Below are positions 24,412-38,316 of a DNA stretch of 64,000 nt, piece after piece; within the stretch, counting starts at the first letter, position 1, and each line of letters begins with the position of its first letter. Source of the stretch: Chara braunii. Taxonomy: Eukaryota; Plantae; Charophyceae. Below the pieces are notes generated by a model. The model was given only the letters and a program-made list of their open reading frames with translations, did not search any database and was not told the origin of the DNA. The position numbers and the translations under genes are program-made. The stretch lies in NCBI GenBank assembly GCA_003427395.1, contig BFEA01000034.1:662042-726041 (forward strand), written 5' to 3'.

Positions 24412-27400
24412 TTATGTAGATTCGTCGTCGGGGTATCCGGTCCATTTGACTTTGTATCGAGAGATTGGTTCCGGGTGGTCAGATACCTGAGTAGTTCGTC
24501 GACCTATGATTGGTTCAACAACGAATTCAGGGCCTGTGGGTAACATGATAGGTGGAAGTCTAGGATATGGGCGGTCAGCGATTTGGGGTGGGGATTCATG
24601 ATATTCTTTCAAGTATTCGATGTGGAAGACTGAGTGGACGTGGCTCATGTTGGGGGGGGAGTTGGGAGTTTGTAGTTGACGTCGGAAGTTTTTTCAATGA
24701 TGGGGAAGGGTCGGAGCCATTTGTTCGAGAGTTTCTTTGACAATCCATGTGTTCGGTTTCAAAGCGTTTGGTGGAGAGCCAGACTTTGTCCCCCACTTTG
24801 AATTGCAAGTCTAGTCTTATCTTTGTTGATCTTATTTTCTTGTTGTTTTTGTGTTCTTTCGAGGGCTTCGGTTGCTTCTCTGAGGAGTCGATTCATTGTT
24901 GCTACCCATTCATTGAGGGAGGGGCAGGGTGTGGAGGGGTTGAGTTGCGAGGGAAGCAGGAAATCAGAGGGCAAGCGCGGATGGTAGCCAAGGTCAAGGT
25001 AGAATGGAGACATGCCAGTGGAAGGACAGACAACGTTGTTGTAGGCGATCTCGGCGGCGATGAGCAACTGATCCCAGTCCTGTTGATGTGGATGACAGTA
25101 CTTCCATAGGATTCTTTGGAGAGTATCCTTCATCTTCTCGGTTTGCCCATCGGTCTGTGGGTGGAATGCAGTGCTATACTTGCGTGTAGTTTCGTAGGCG
25201 TTGAAGAGTTGTTTCCAGAACTGTGAGAGGAAACGGGGATCGCAGTCGCTGATGATATTGTCGGGGAGGCCGTGGTGGCGTGCAACATGATCGAAGAAGA
25301 GTAATGCGATGTCTTTGGCGGTGTGCGAGGTGGTGCAAGGAATGAAGTGGGCGCGTTTGGTCAGGCGGCAGACAATGACGTAGCTGCAATCATGCCCGCG
25401 ATCGGTCTTAGGGAGACCACACACGAAGTCCATGGAAATGGACTGCCATCGGTGAGTGGGGATGGGCAATGATTGGAGCTTGCCGGGTTTGGCCCGGTGC
25501 GAGGGATTGACAGCCTGACACGTGGGACATGAGCGAATGTATGTTTTGACGTCGACGAGTAGAGAAGGCCAATAGAAGTAGTGGGAGATGGTGTCGAAGG
25601 TTTCTGGAAACCGAGGTGACCTGCGGTCTTGGCGTCGTGGTGCTTGGCCAAGAGCTGGGTATTGAGACCACGTGTGTCAGGGATGCAATGTCGGCGAGTG
25701 ACTTTGGTGTCGATGTAGAGGAGGTCGTGGAGGGAGAAGTCGGGGGCTGGGTCAAGATCGCGGAGCTTGTTGTAAATGGCGGCGAAGTCTGGGCAAGAGA
25801 AGTAGCCTTGGGTGTATCGGTGATGGAGTGATGGGAGGAGCTGGATATGGGTCATGGCGGCGTAGACTTTCTCGGGGGCTTGTGGTCGGGTCATCGAGAG
25901 AAGGCATCAGCAACGCGGTTGCTTTTGTCGAGGGTATGGCAAATGGTGAATGTGAACTGGGCAAGGAAGTCAAGCCACCGAGCCTGGCGTGGGGTGATGT
26001 CTTTCTTGGTGAGAATGGAAGAAATGACGGTGTTGTCCGTGCGGATGGTGAAGTACTGCCCGTCGAGGTATGGGCGCCAGACTATGACGGCGTGAATCCC
26101 GGAGAGTTCCTTCTCGTTGGAGGGGTATTTCATCTCCGCGGGGAGGAGCTTTTTGCTTGGAAAGGCGATGGGGGTTTCGCTGGGTGGAGCCTTTGGGTGA
26201 GTGGGCGAGTCCTTGATGGAGGGGGTCTTGGCAGTGTCACGGGGGAAATGTTGGGAGAGTACGGCTCGAATGGCGAAGTCGGAGGCATCAATTGTGACAT
26301 AGAAATGGCGAGTGGGGTCGGCGATCTTGAGGACAGGTGCCGCAATGATGGTTTGCTCGAGGAAGTTGAAGCGTGTTGGCTGCGATCGTTCCAATTGAAG
26401 GGCTCGTCCTTGCATGTGAGTTCGTGGAGAGGGTAAGAGATCTCGAAAAAGTTGCGAATGAAGCGGGCGGTAATAGTTGGCAAGGCCGCGGAAGGAACGG
26501 AGTTGGAGGAGGGTCTTGGGCGGGGAGTACTCGACGAGGGCTGTGACCTTCGAGCAGTCCATACGGATGCCTACAGCGGAGACAATGTGGACAAGGTATT
26601 CGACGCTCAAGCGGCAAACGTACATTTGCTGAGCGTGGCGTATAATTTTTGCTCTCAGAGGATCGAGAGGACTTGGCGAATGTGCCGAAGGTGGGACTTG
26701 AATGTGGGGCTAAAGATGAGGATGTCATCAAGGTACACGACGACACAGACTTCGAGGAGGTCACGGAAGATGTGGCTCATGGTGGACTGGAATTTTCCGA
26801 AAGGCATTACAAGGAACTCGTAGTGCCCGAACCGAGAGCGGAATGCAGTCTTGTGGGTGTCCTCCTCGCAGATACGGATCTGGTGGAAGCCACTACGAAG
26901 GTTGATCTTGGTGAAATATTTGGCTCCACGGAGGCGATCAAAAAGTTCAGATGTCCGGGGGCGTGGGTACTTGTTCTTTATTGTGATCTGGTTCAAGGCA
27001 CGGTAGTTTGTGCACATCCGGAGTTCTGAGGTGCGGTTCTTCTCGATGAAGAGACAACTGGTTCCGAAGGCGGAGGAGTTAGGCTTAATGAATCCTTTTC
27101 AAGGAGTTCATTGAGCTGGTGCTTCATTTCTTCGACCTTGGGGACGGAGAGTTGGTACGGAGAGGGGCAAGGAGGAGAATGGTGGGGCTCGAGATCAATG
27201 GTGTGGGATACACGTTGATCGGGAGGTAAACCGGCGGGCATGGACTCGGGGAAGATGTGCTTGAATTCAAACAGGAGAGCGGTGATGTGAGGATCGGAAG
27301 GGGGGTCTTGGTCGGGTTTGTGCGTTGGAAGTAAGTCCTCGGGACGCTCGTGGTCGATAACAAGACAATAGTAAGCGGAGTCGGGGTGTTCACAAGATAT

Positions 27401-27830
27401 GTGAAGGAACTGGTGAGGGGAGACAGGGGGTGGGATAGAAGGGGGGAGAAGATAAGGGATATCAAGAGGAGAGTCAGGAGGGCGGGTGAGTCGAACGAAG
27501 GAGGGGTGGAAGGAGTAGGGCATGAAACAGTCAAGCCATGGAGTCCCCAAGACGATGTCGCACATGAGGTTCATGACATCGACGGAGACCTAACTGAGAA
27601 GAGGACCAGCAGTATGAGGGTCTCGGGGACAACGCGTTCAACAACGATGGCCGAGTCCTTATCCCCTAGTCGAATGGTGATCAGGGAGTCGCAGCCGGTG
27701 GAAGAGAGGCCGACTTTGCAGACACAAGCTTCGGTGATGAAGTTGTCGGTGGCACCAATATCAAGGAGGGTCGGGAACTTCACTGTCGATGCGCCAAGGG
27801 AGACGGCGATAAACTTTTCTATAAACACCT
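24412..27830 (-). pseudogene. pol of element B, fragmented
   Basis: LLDIGATDNFI (protease); [36 protein letters not shown] (RT); TIDASDFAI (RNase H); WQSISMDFV, FHPQTDGQTE (integrase); EFVVEPIIGRR...YKVKWTGYPDDEST (chromodomain). Confidence 0.92.
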
Positions 27831-28335
27831 AAGATTGTTGTTCTAGCTGGAACTGTGCGGTTCCGACACACGCAGAAGAGATCAAGGTGTTGAGGCGGCG
27901 TTGTTCCAAGCCTAGTCTAACAAACCGAACGTGTCATGCTTGTTCCTCAACGAGATCGGAGAAGGTGGTAGAGAAGGGATTAGGGATGAGAGTAGAAGAG
28001 CAAAGTTTCAGTGGTAAGCTCGACCGACAGGATAGCAGACGTCATCGGGAGGGGGGCAGCCGGAGTAGACTCCGTTGCCTGGGGGCCGTCCGATGGGATG
28101 TGCGTCACCGGAGGGGGCGTAGGCAGACGGATAGTCGATGCCAAGTGGGTCACCGGTGGAGGAGAGATCGTCACCGATGGGAGAGCCGAAAGACAAGTGG
28201 TCGATGCCGGGTGAGGATTGCAAGAGACCGAGGGACATTGTTCAGGTGGAGGAGGGCCCGACTATCGCGATGGAGGAAGAAGTGGGAGTAGGAGGGTCGG
28301 GTCCCGCGGAGCGAGGGGCCTATCGAGTAAAGCAG

Positions 28336-29537
28336 CTAACGTTGGGGCAGTTGGTCTGTTGGTGACCTAACTGGCGGCAGCAAAAACACTCGTGTCCTTG
28401 GAGGTATATGTGTTTTGCGGGGGTGCAAGTTTCTGGAGATGGCGAGGTGGAGAGGAAGAAGGCGGTCGGGAAGAACGATCCTGGCGTTCCATTCACATAA
28501 GGTGGGCGGCTTGGAGGTCCTCAATGGTGAATTGGGAGAGGTCGAGAGAGACAGTGTCGAAGTCGTCATCGAAGGTGGCTCGAGTGGTGTCGTCCGGAGT
28601 GATGTTATGGAAGAAGCGGGGGTGGGAGGGAGCAGGCGCGGACTGGTGATGGGGCTGGAGTCGTCGATCGTGGTGAAGCATGCGAGAGAGGAGGTCATCA
28701 AGGGGCATGTCGCGTTCGTGGGCGAGGGCGGTTGCAGGATCTTTGTGGTATACTCGCTTGATGCGGGAAACAAACGCAAAGTCTGGAATGACGGTGCTGG
28801 GGAGGTGATGGCGGAGGGAGCTGATGTATTGGACGAAGCGGTCCGTGGGGTCTGGCGGAGGTGACAAAATTGTTCGATCGATGGTTTCTTGGGGGCGGAA
28901 GGTGGAAGTGAGAAGGTTGGCCCATTGGAGGAAGGAGTGACGGTTGCTGACTTCGGCCATCCACCATTTGGCGGCATTGTCGAGGAGGCGGGAGGTGGCA
29001 ATGGGAAGCCAGTGGACAAGGGGCATGTGGTGCAGCTTGAAAGAGTTATGGAGATGGATAAGGAATAGGACAACGTCCTCGTGGGGAAGGCCGAAGAAGG
29101 GCATGATGTCGGCGGGGAAAGAGGGGTGACGTGGTTAGGCGATGAATGAGGCGGTGTGCTGGAAGCGCAGGAAGAGGGGGGGGGGAAGGGTGGAGGAGGC
29201 AATGTTGGTGGATGTGGTGGTAGAGGTAATAGGAGAGGAGGAGGTCCACGGGGAGGTGTGGCTGGAGGCGGTTATGGACATGGGGGTGGTGGTGGTGACC
29301 ACCTGGATGGATGGGGTAGTGGTTTGGCAAATCGAGGGTGGTCAACCGGCTTGAGATGCCAACGACGGAAGTGCAGAGTGTCCGAAGGGAGTCCTGTACG
29401 GACCGAAGGATGGAGAGGAGGGATGGGGCGGGGTTGTTCTCCCCGATGACTTGTTGGCCAACGAGTTTGTGGTGGATATCTGCCATGGAGTCGTCGCGGA
29501 GAGAGCTCATGTTGAGGCTTGAAGCACTTTCAACCAT
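28336..29537 (-). pseudogene. gag of element B, fragmented
   Basis: PFFGLPHEDVVLFL...LLDNAAKWW...QWANLLTSTFRP capsid-like segment upstream of pol. Confidence 0.7.
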
Positions 29538-30029
29538 TGGAGAGGACGAAGGCGAGGTGGTGGAGGAATGAGTTGTGGAGGTGGTAGCAGCGGATGTGAT
29601 AGCGGCAGCGATGGCGGCGGCAGCAGCAACGGCAACGGCGACGGTGTGTTAGGAGGTCTTGGTTTGGCGTGGTGGCATGTGGAGAAGGGGGGGACAATTC
29701 CTATTTACAATAGTGCGTCATCAAGTGATTTAGCAATGAAGGTAGCAAAGAATCGCAAAGCAAAAATTAATTTTGAATAATTTAATTTGGATTTATTCAA
29801 AATTAATTCGAGAATGTATTTTTCAATAAAATACGAAAGCAAAATTTTCAAGAATTTCCAAACAAAAAGAAATAATTAATTCTGAGAAAAAAGATTAATT
29901 CAGTCGTGAATTAATTCGAACGAAAATATTTTTGAATTTCAAAAATTTCGAAGAGTAATTAGTCAGAATTGTTTTCAAAGTTCTTAGTTTTCAAAAGAAA
30001 ATTGAAAAAGAGTTGGGAATCAAGATGTC

Positions 30030-30727
30030 TTGGCCAGTACCAGAACTTCTCGGGGGTGGGACACAGGGTCGGCAATGTCCCATAAATCTGAATTTTATAG
30101 TGCCGCGAGTGAACGGAAAAAAGGAAAAAAAAAATGCTTTCTCTACTGCAATGATGTTGGGCTGGGTAGTCCAGGAGGCCGTGCTCACAATCTTCCTCCA
30201 CAGAATGCACCTTACAGGTAAGGCGGTCACATTCTGAATGTTACTGTTTTCTTTTTTTTCTGGGTGGTGTGTTTCTTATGAGTCCCCTGTCCGTGAATTG
30301 CTCAAGCTGTCCGTGATCTGCTCAAGCTGTGTTTTGTCGAAGGATTGTAAGGCTCATCACACTGCCACTTAGGGGAATGTATCCAGCCATTTTCACGGCC
30401 GGATCCATGTGCACGTTTTTTTCCCCTTTTATTCTTTTCAGAATCTGACAACCTGGCCACGGGGCTGAGATGCCCTCATTGAGGGCACACTCACACTACC
30501 ACTTCCAAGAATGTATACAACTGCAATCACGGCCAAAGCTTTGTTTCCTTTTTTTTTTTTTCCTTCTTTTCCGAGGTTCACGGCCGCAACTTTTTTTTCT
30601 TTTTTGTTTTTTTTTGTTCTTTCCGTGAGAGTCCTAGAAAGAAAATGGAGTGGTACCCAGGCTCGGCAAAACTCGGAGCGCAGTGAAATTCAGGGTTGGC
30701 AAAAACAGGCTCGGAGGTACTGTTGGT
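30030..30727. mobile_element. Probable truncated copy of the TTAA/ACCAC family in the leader of element B
   Basis: Right end GGAGGTACTGTTGGT followed by TTAA (30728-30731). The left end is only a remnant (CCAGTACC) and its boundary is approximate. Confidence 0.45.
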
Positions 30728-31247
30728 TTAATTAGAAATATTGTCGAAAAGGAAATGTCAAAAAATAATTTAATTAATTCTCAATTATTTCGAATTACAA
30801 AAATTTCCAAAAACAATTGATTACGAAGAAATGTGTAATTTCAAAATTTCCAAAAAAGAATTAATTAGAAATGATTTTGAATTACTACATTTCAAAAAAG
30901 AATTAATTAAAGTTGTTTTCAAATTTCAGGAAGGAAATGCGGAGAAAGAAATGATTAATCCTACGTATTTTAAAAAATTACAAAAAAAAAAAAAACTTTT
31001 GAGAAAGAAATGTCGAGAAAGATAGTTAATTGAGTATTTTCAAATTTACAAAAAAATCAAAATGGGTTCTAGAAATAAATAAAATGAATTTTGATGTAAA
31101 TTGAGGGCGGAGCGATCCTATCTACTATTGATTGGGTGGTAGCGTGGTACGTAGGGCACGGGTAGATTGATGATGATGATATTCTTGATGGTAGGGCATG
31201 GGGAAAAAGTCGCGGGGGGGTGGGGGAATGTACCCGGGGGGATCGTG

Positions 31248-31481
31248 NNNNNNNNNNNNNNNNNNNNNNNNNNNNNNNNNNNNNNNNNNNNNNNNNNNNN
31301 NNNNNNNNNNNNNNNNNNNNNNNNNNNNNNNNNNNNNNNNNNNNNNNNNNNNNNNNNNNNNNNNNNNNNNNNNNNNNNNNNNNNNNNNNNNNNNNNNNNN
31401 NNNNNNNNNNNNNNNNNNNNNNNNNNNNNNNNNNNNNNNNNNNNNNNNNNNNNNNNNNNNNNNNNNNNNNNNNNNNNNNNN
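31248..31481. other. Assembly gap
   Basis: Run of N. Confidence 1.
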
Positions 31482-31769
31482 GGGGGGCGCCGGGGGCGGG
31501 GTACAAGAAGAGGAGAAGAAGAGGAAAAGGAATACGGAGAAGATCGCGCGGCGGGGGAACAACGGTGCGTGGGGGAGGAAGATCGAGAGTCGGGGAGGGG
31601 AGGTTGCGCGGGAGCGGGAGCGGAGTCGCGACGAAGAAGAAGGATAAGTAGAAGAGAACGAAGAGAAAGAAGAATGAGGAAACAATTAAAAAAAATAAAA
31701 AGAATTGTCGTCGACTACTTATCTGCGCGGAGGTAGCAAGGACGATGACGAGGACGATGGGCACAGCGA

Positions 31770-31925
31770 TGGCAACGTGGCACGGCGACGACGATCGCGA
31801 CGGTGACGATAATGACGTGGCACGACGACAACGATTGCGACGATGACAATGATGACGTGGCACGACGGCGACGATCACGACAATGACGATGATGACGTGG
31901 CACGACGGCGACTATCACGACGATG
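31770..31925. repeat. ~39-bp tandem repeat next to the PBS of element B
   Basis: About 4 copies of GATGACGTGGCACGACGGCGACGATCGCGAC. Confidence 0.7.
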
Positions 31926-31940
31926 ATGCTCCAATACCAG

Positions 31941-32454
31941 TGTGACGAGTGCGAGGCTGAGGGTGGGTACGAGAAAGCAGGGTGACGAGCGAGCGAGGCT
32001 GAGGGAGAGCCGAGGGAGAGGAGAGAGAGAGGGAGAGAGTGAGAGTACACACACACAGTCACTCACTCGACACGACTGAGGGTCGGACGCAGACACAGTG
32101 GCAAGGGCACAAAGTCGAAGTCTTGGATTCCGAATGCCGAAACAGCAAGACACACTGAGTACGAAGACAGCAGCTGAAAACTGGTACGAGACTGGTCCCC
32201 GTACTGTACGGGGAGCCGGTACAAGTATCGGTAACACGTACGGTACCAGGGGCATTTCCGCAAAAGCCCCGAGAACAGAACTGAAAAATGCCGAATTTGA
32301 AAGTTGCGCCCGAATTGCAGCATGACGCCAGTTGTCCAAAATCCGACGGTACGAAAGGAGGGGTTTGGAAAAAAGGGTGCCAGGCCGAAAACGGGATGCA
32401 GCAGAAACAGCAAAAAGATAGACCAGGGATCGAGCCCTGGCGGAGTCCGTAACA
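31941..32454 (-). repeat. 5' LTR of element B
   Basis: Homologous to 22732-23200 with a ~40-bp terminal duplication. Followed by the PBS at about 31926-31939. Confidence 0.9.
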
Positions 32455-33440
32455 CCATGTGTGCGATGAGTGTGCACCTGCAATGCACGCATGGTGCAGC
32501 GCACAAGCGCGCCACAAGTATGCTACAAATTATACCGAATTTCTGATACTGCGCGCTTCGTGTCACAGGTGTGGAGCTATGGTGTGATGAGTGTGGTCTC
32601 AATGGCCTTGTGACGACATGCAAACTTGTGAGCTGACTCTTGTTGTCTTCTTGTGGGGATTGGCTGGTGTTGAACGCACATAGATGGATCGCCTGAGTGG
32701 CAGGTGGTGCGAGTTTGACGACTTGAGAGGACAGCTGAAGGGGGTATACAAAGACGAAGAACTCACCCTGACATGAATGGTTGGTATGATATTAGACAGG
32801 ACTGGAAGAAGATAGCTCGAGGTCAGAAAGGAGGGGACGACCACAGCCACAATATAAGATCCCTTTCCAATATTGGGAACCCAAGGATGACAGGTGGTAC
32901 ACTAGGAATGAGCTATAGGAGACAGACCTTGACATGGTCTTATTGCTACGGACGGGCTAAAAGAGATATCGGTATTGCAGATAGGTGAGGAGCTTGAAAC
33001 TAGGTCGGTGGGAGTGAAAGGGTTTCACTCATTTCTGCCCTCGCCAACAGGTGTGGTCCCATAAATTGCCAGGGTTCCCTGTCCCATCTACCATAGTCCA
33101 ACCGGTCGGCCCTCAGGTCGAATCACCTTAGGGTTCAGTTCACCAGTGTAATTCTCTGATAATCTGTAGGATCCCAGTCCTCGACAAAAGTCTCAATCCC
33201 GAAAATAGTAGCAGCATTCAAGTCTGGCAAGATCGAAAACCGACAGGTATCGGTCCAAAAACTCCGGGATTGCAGACGCAACAAAAACAAAAGACCCCTA
33301 CAGTGCTGAGGGAAAACACTTTTCGAATTGTTGCACAGGATCAGCTGTTTGCCTGTGCGACTAACTTCAAGTGTGACTTAGAGAGGCAATACGAGTCAAT
33401 ACGGTAAGCAACAGCAGAGGGCGCCACAGCTAGGACTTAT

Positions 33441-33524
<84 letters not shown>

Positions 33525-34427
33525 CCACAATAGTGACAGAGAGAAGACAGAAAAGATAAGAGAGAGAGAGAGAGAGAGAAGAGATAAGAGTGAGATAGAG
33601 AGAAGAGGTCACCAGGGAAGAGTCAAAGGCAAACATAACTGCCACCGGTACGCAAGATGGAACAGCTTTCAATAAATTTACTCACAAGCCTGGACTCAGA
33701 ACAGAGAAAATTTCCCTCTCCGGGTACGGATAACTCTGAGCGACATGGTGAGTCCGTCAGTGACATGCATCCTTGGTGGACTGTCCGGATAAAGAACAGA
33801 CGGGATTTAATCACAGGCCTGGACTCATAACAGACAAAATTTACTCACAAGCCTGGACTCAGAACTGACAAACTTCTACTCACTCACCCGCCTGGAATCG
33901 AAAGCAAAGCAAACAGCAAAGACTGGACAAAGAACAGACAAACTACACATACGACAGTTCTTGGAACAGCCAAAATGTTCACACGCCTGGCTGAGAGGTC
34001 AAGTTACAATGCTGGATCCTTAGGCCTGTGTGGAAGGCTCTAGCCATGTTACAACCAGTTCCACAGCGCAGGCCTCAGCTTTGTCTGGGCTTCTTGAGAC
34101 CAGTCAAGGTTCAATTGCCCCAGGCTGCTCTTTTGGACACCTACAGAGAAAGGTACCATCCTCTGCCCACAGCATGAAGCCATACCCCAGTGCCGGTAGG
34201 AACTGTGATATGCTGGCAAAGTTCACACGACTCTAATACCACATAGCACACAGACGTATGAAAAGAAGACCTAATGCATTTTGAACGCTCAGTACAGTTC
34301 TTAGTACTTCTTACACAGCTTCCTTTCACCCTGTATGCAACTAGGTGCATGCAAAATGTTGGAACAATTTGAAGGACCACGTCACACATTATCAAATTGT
34401 TTTCCAATATCTTTTCCGGATACACAC

Positions 34428-34490
34428 CGTCTCAAAGAACTTGATCCCAAATTCGTCCGCAAGAGCCTGACCACGTGCTGTTGAAACCAT
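34428..34490 (-). CDS. RABE1: RabE/Rab8-family small GTPase, internal exon
   Basis: tgcag|MVSTARGQALADEFGIKFFET|gtgtgt; 63 nt, phase 0/0; joins both neighbouring exons in frame. Confidence 0.93.
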
Positions 34491-35247
34491 CTGCAATACA
34501 GGAAAATCAGACCAGGGGAGCAATGAGAGACTAATCTCAAGTTTGCACAAGCATTCAACACACAAATCAGTGGTACCATTGCAAACCACCAGCAAGAGCC
34601 GTCCCGCACCCCCTGTTCTCATTTCCCTTGAAAAAAAATGCAAAAGAGAAATCAGGGATGTAGGGTGGGTTCTGCGGCTTTTGCTGCATCAGGGGAAACT
34701 ATAGGAAAAAAACAGAGGCTGGTCCCCGGGCCGCCCGGCGGCCTGGCCGTCACCCGGGGGGGGTACCGGCCCCCTGGCCAGTTGTCACGCGTGGTTGGCC
34801 ACCGGGCAACCCCAGCGCATCACTGTAGGTTAGTTTCTCTTTTTTTTTTCGGCGCTGGGGCCTTTTTTGCCCCCTTCATAGACCGTGTGGGCCTCAAAAA
34901 AAAAAAAAGGGGTCCAGTAGGCCTGATTTCACGGATTTGAAATCAGGCCCCATATGGATCATCGATCTCCAAGATCGATGGCCCAGATTGCACCGATTTT
35001 AAATCGGTGAGGGCGGGAACTGCCGGCCCCCGTTCCCTCCCCCGTGCTGAAGATGTGCCCCGAACGTCCCCCCTTCCCTGCCTTGCAGCATTGTGTCAGC
35101 CGGCCTTCCACGCGCAAACGCGCTTCTCCGACGCACCCAGCCACCACCTGCCAGCGGCCGCCATCACCCGTGACCCCGCCGTCGCCCGCCAACGGCCGCC
35201 TTCAACAAGGTAAGGGACTTAGTTGGGGGGAGGGAGAGAGAGAGAGA

Positions 35248-35950
35248 TCTTCTTCTTCTTCTTCTTCTTCGTCATCTTTGTTTCTTCTTCTTCGTCATCT
35301 TTGTTTCTTCTTCTTCTTCTTCTTCTTCTTCTTCTTCTTCTTCTTCTTCGTCATCTTTCTTCTTCTTCTTCTTCTTCTTCTTCTTCTTCTTCTTCTTCTT
35401 CTACTTCGCTGCTTCGTCTTCTTCTACTTCGCTTCTTCTTCTTCTTCTTTGCCCACGTTTCGAGCCCCCCTTCCCGTCGTCCTCCACCAGCCGTCTTCTT
35501 CTTCTTCTCCACCTTCGCTGCTTCAACTTCTTCGGCTCCTTCTTCTTCTTCTCGTCCTCCTCCTTCCCTTCTTCTTCTTCTTCTTCTTCTTCTTCTTCTT
35601 CTTCTCCCCCTCCTTCNNNNNNNNNNNNNNNNNNNNNNNNNNNNNNNNNNNNNNNNNNNNNNNNNNNNNNNNNNNNNNNNNNNNNNNNNNNNNNNNNNNN
35701 NNNNNNNNNNNNNNNNNNNNNNNNNNNNNNNNNNNNNNNNNNNNNNNNNNNNNNNNNNNNNNNNNNNNNNNNNNNNNNNNNNNNNNNNNNNNNNNNNNNN
35801 NNNNNGTCTTGTGCCACGTCCCTGCGCGGCGGCCATTTCCCCCAACTCGATCTCGCCCAATCTTTCTTCCCGTCATACTCCACCCTTCTTCTTCTTCTTC
35901 TTCTTCTTCTTCCTCCTCCTCCTCCTCGTCCTCTTCTTCTTCTTCTTCCA
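35248..35950. repeat. (TTC)n microsatellite tract spanning an assembly gap (35617-35805)
   Basis: Long imperfect TTC runs on either side of the Ns. Confidence 0.9.
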
Positions 35951-37225
35951 CAAACACACCTGCAAGGTCTGTGACATCCCCCAGACCCCCCCCTTTCCCC
36001 CCAACCCCCTTGCCTGCGATTTCTGCCAAGTATGTCATTACCTCCTCTTCTTCTTCATCTCAACTTCCTCAAGCCCTGGTACTGCTACACATTCTGCATA
36101 TCTTCCACTTCACCATTATTGCCATCTGTGCATACACGGGAGGGGAGAGAGTCCCTTCCTGCTGTCATACGTATCCTTGTCAGCATTTCCTCCTACTACT
36201 CTTCCTCTTAGTACTGCCTATCCTACCCTTCTCCTATTCCTGCCTCTAGGGCTCATCCCCAAGCTACTAATCGTTATCCGCTTCCTGCTTCAACAGCTAA
36301 TTCTCGAAGCACATATAATTCTCCTATTCCACGACTTTCCCAAACCTGCACTCCTTTCCTCCACTTTCCCTACCACACCCATCCCCCACACCCTACCCTT
36401 CCTCAATTCACTAATCCCCACTTTCACTACTCTACCTCGCTATCCTTGAGCTGCTGTCCTCACCCTTTCTTTCTCCCCTTCTACTACTCGTCCTTCCCTT
36501 GTCCTCCTAGTCCTCCTACCACTCATGCTCTTCCTCGTACTAATCATTCTCCTGTTCCACAATTTCCCCTTATCCGGCCTCCCCCACTCGTTTGTTCCCC
36601 TCCCGCACTTAACGAGGTCCCACGACAAAAAAATTATTTGCTGCGTGTCTGCAGGGCAGACAAATTTGTGAAACAGTCATCCGCTGTATGAAAGAGTGGC
36701 AACATAGGTAGCGGAGAATAGCAGGGGTCAACATTTCCAACGGTGCAGGATGCCCCTCCCGAGGTCTGTCAAGATGGTGACAGCATTTGTTGGATATCAT
36801 GTGGCCAGCTTCTGAATTGCTGAGGAGAGTGGAACCAGGAGGTAGTTGATGATAAGGATGTCACAGCCGACTCAAGCACTGCCAGCTGAGGCACAGGAAC
36901 AGTACACTTGCGAAGTTCCAGGAGCGACGATAATGAAGACACAGCCGGCACATACACTGACATTTGCGCTTGATGCACAACGGGGGGATGCTGTTACATG
37001 CCCAGTTGGGTGATGTACATATATAACCAAGGATCCGCAATGTGATGAAAAAGACTGAATGGACAACGCAGTGCTAGTGAAATCTCAACAAGCAGCGTAC
37101 ATCCTGATACATACAAAAATGGTGCTTTATAGCGCAGTGGAAGACTTGGATACAAGTCCTGACCTGACCAGGACTGACCTCCCTCACATAGTACAAGACA
37201 GCGCAGCAGAATGCTAGAATACCAA

Positions 37226-38316
37226 TGACGAGCCCAATCAATGTTGCAATGCAGACTAAACATACATCATCTTCATCACAAGGTGTGAATGAGGTCTGAT
37301 GCTACACACAGGAAGAATGCGCCAGCTCCAGATCATGCACAGACGAAGAGGAGGGGAACAGACGAAGGAGAGGAGGGGGGAGATGGGAAAGTCGTAACAC
37401 CAAGTCTTCGTTACAAGTCCCAAATAATCCCTCGTCAAAATGTGTTAAGCCCAACGTCGAGTCTGGATCCAAATGTCACCAAGCTCTCGCTACCTCTCTC
37501 GTAGTCTGCTGATGCAGTGAAGTCAGATAGCGAGAGGGTGAGAGGGAGATGGTGGACTGAGAAGAGGAAGAAGAAGAACTCTCTCTCTCTCTCTCTTTCT
37601 TGCCAGGTAGTAACCTGTGAAGTTGGCGTTGTGCTGCAGGTACCTCGGAGACGAAGCTGGAGCAATGGCGCTGCACGTAAGTCTCCCTGGCCTCCGCCCA
37701 ATCTCTCTCTCTCCAGTACTGCTCTAGCTCCTACTAGCGGCCGAATCCTCTAGCTCCCTGGCCTCCACTACTCCTGCAACGCTCCTCCAGAGTGCTGCTG
37801 CCGAATCCTGAAGACTACCTCCTGCCTCCTGAACTGCACGCTCCTGCCTTCTGAACTGCACGTGAAGTGCCTGGGAAGTACCTAGGAACCACCTGCAGCC
37901 TGCAGGGCAGGCCAGTCCTATATAGTGCTGCCCCGTCCAGGACGCTACTCTTGCCAATGCCAAAACGTGCCAGACCCTGGTGCTGAAGCTAAACCAAGGG
38001 TTGTCTTGAAAACAGGCCCAAAATGGTCTGTGCTAAAACCCTGGTCTGGTGCCTGAGTTTCAGGGCAGGTCGATCTAATGTGGGCCTGAAAATGGCCCTC
38101 AGTTTCAGGCTGAAAAGACTCAGGGCCGGAAAGGCCCTGTTTTAGGCTGAAACGACACAGGGCCTGTTAGGCCCTTGTTTTCAGGCTTTCAGGCTGAAAC
38201 GACACAGGGTCCGTCGGCCCTTGTTTTCAGGCTTTCAGGCTGAAAACGACACGGACCTGAAAATGGCCCGTGCAGCCTGTTGCAGGCGCAGCATGCAACA
38301 GATGCGCAGGGGATCA
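37226..38316 (-). repeat. Orphan LTR of the element C family with an adjacent PBS-like site
   Basis: 37226-37680 aligns with 63552-64000. It ends in GGATCA, the inverse of the TGATCC start of the 63552 copy. TGGTATTCTAGC lies next to it at about 37213-37224. Contains ~45-bp TTTCAGGCTGAAACGACAC repeats. Confidence 0.7.

Larger units (their letters stand above)
22732..32454 (-). mobile_element. Full-length decayed Ty3/Gypsy chromovirus-type retrotransposon B inside a RabE intron
   Basis: TG...CA LTRs at 22732-23200 and 31941-32454, perfect 5-bp TSD CCATG (22727-22731, 32455-32459), PBS TGGTATTGGAGC, PPT at 23201-23216, and gag and pol fragments. Confidence 0.95.
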
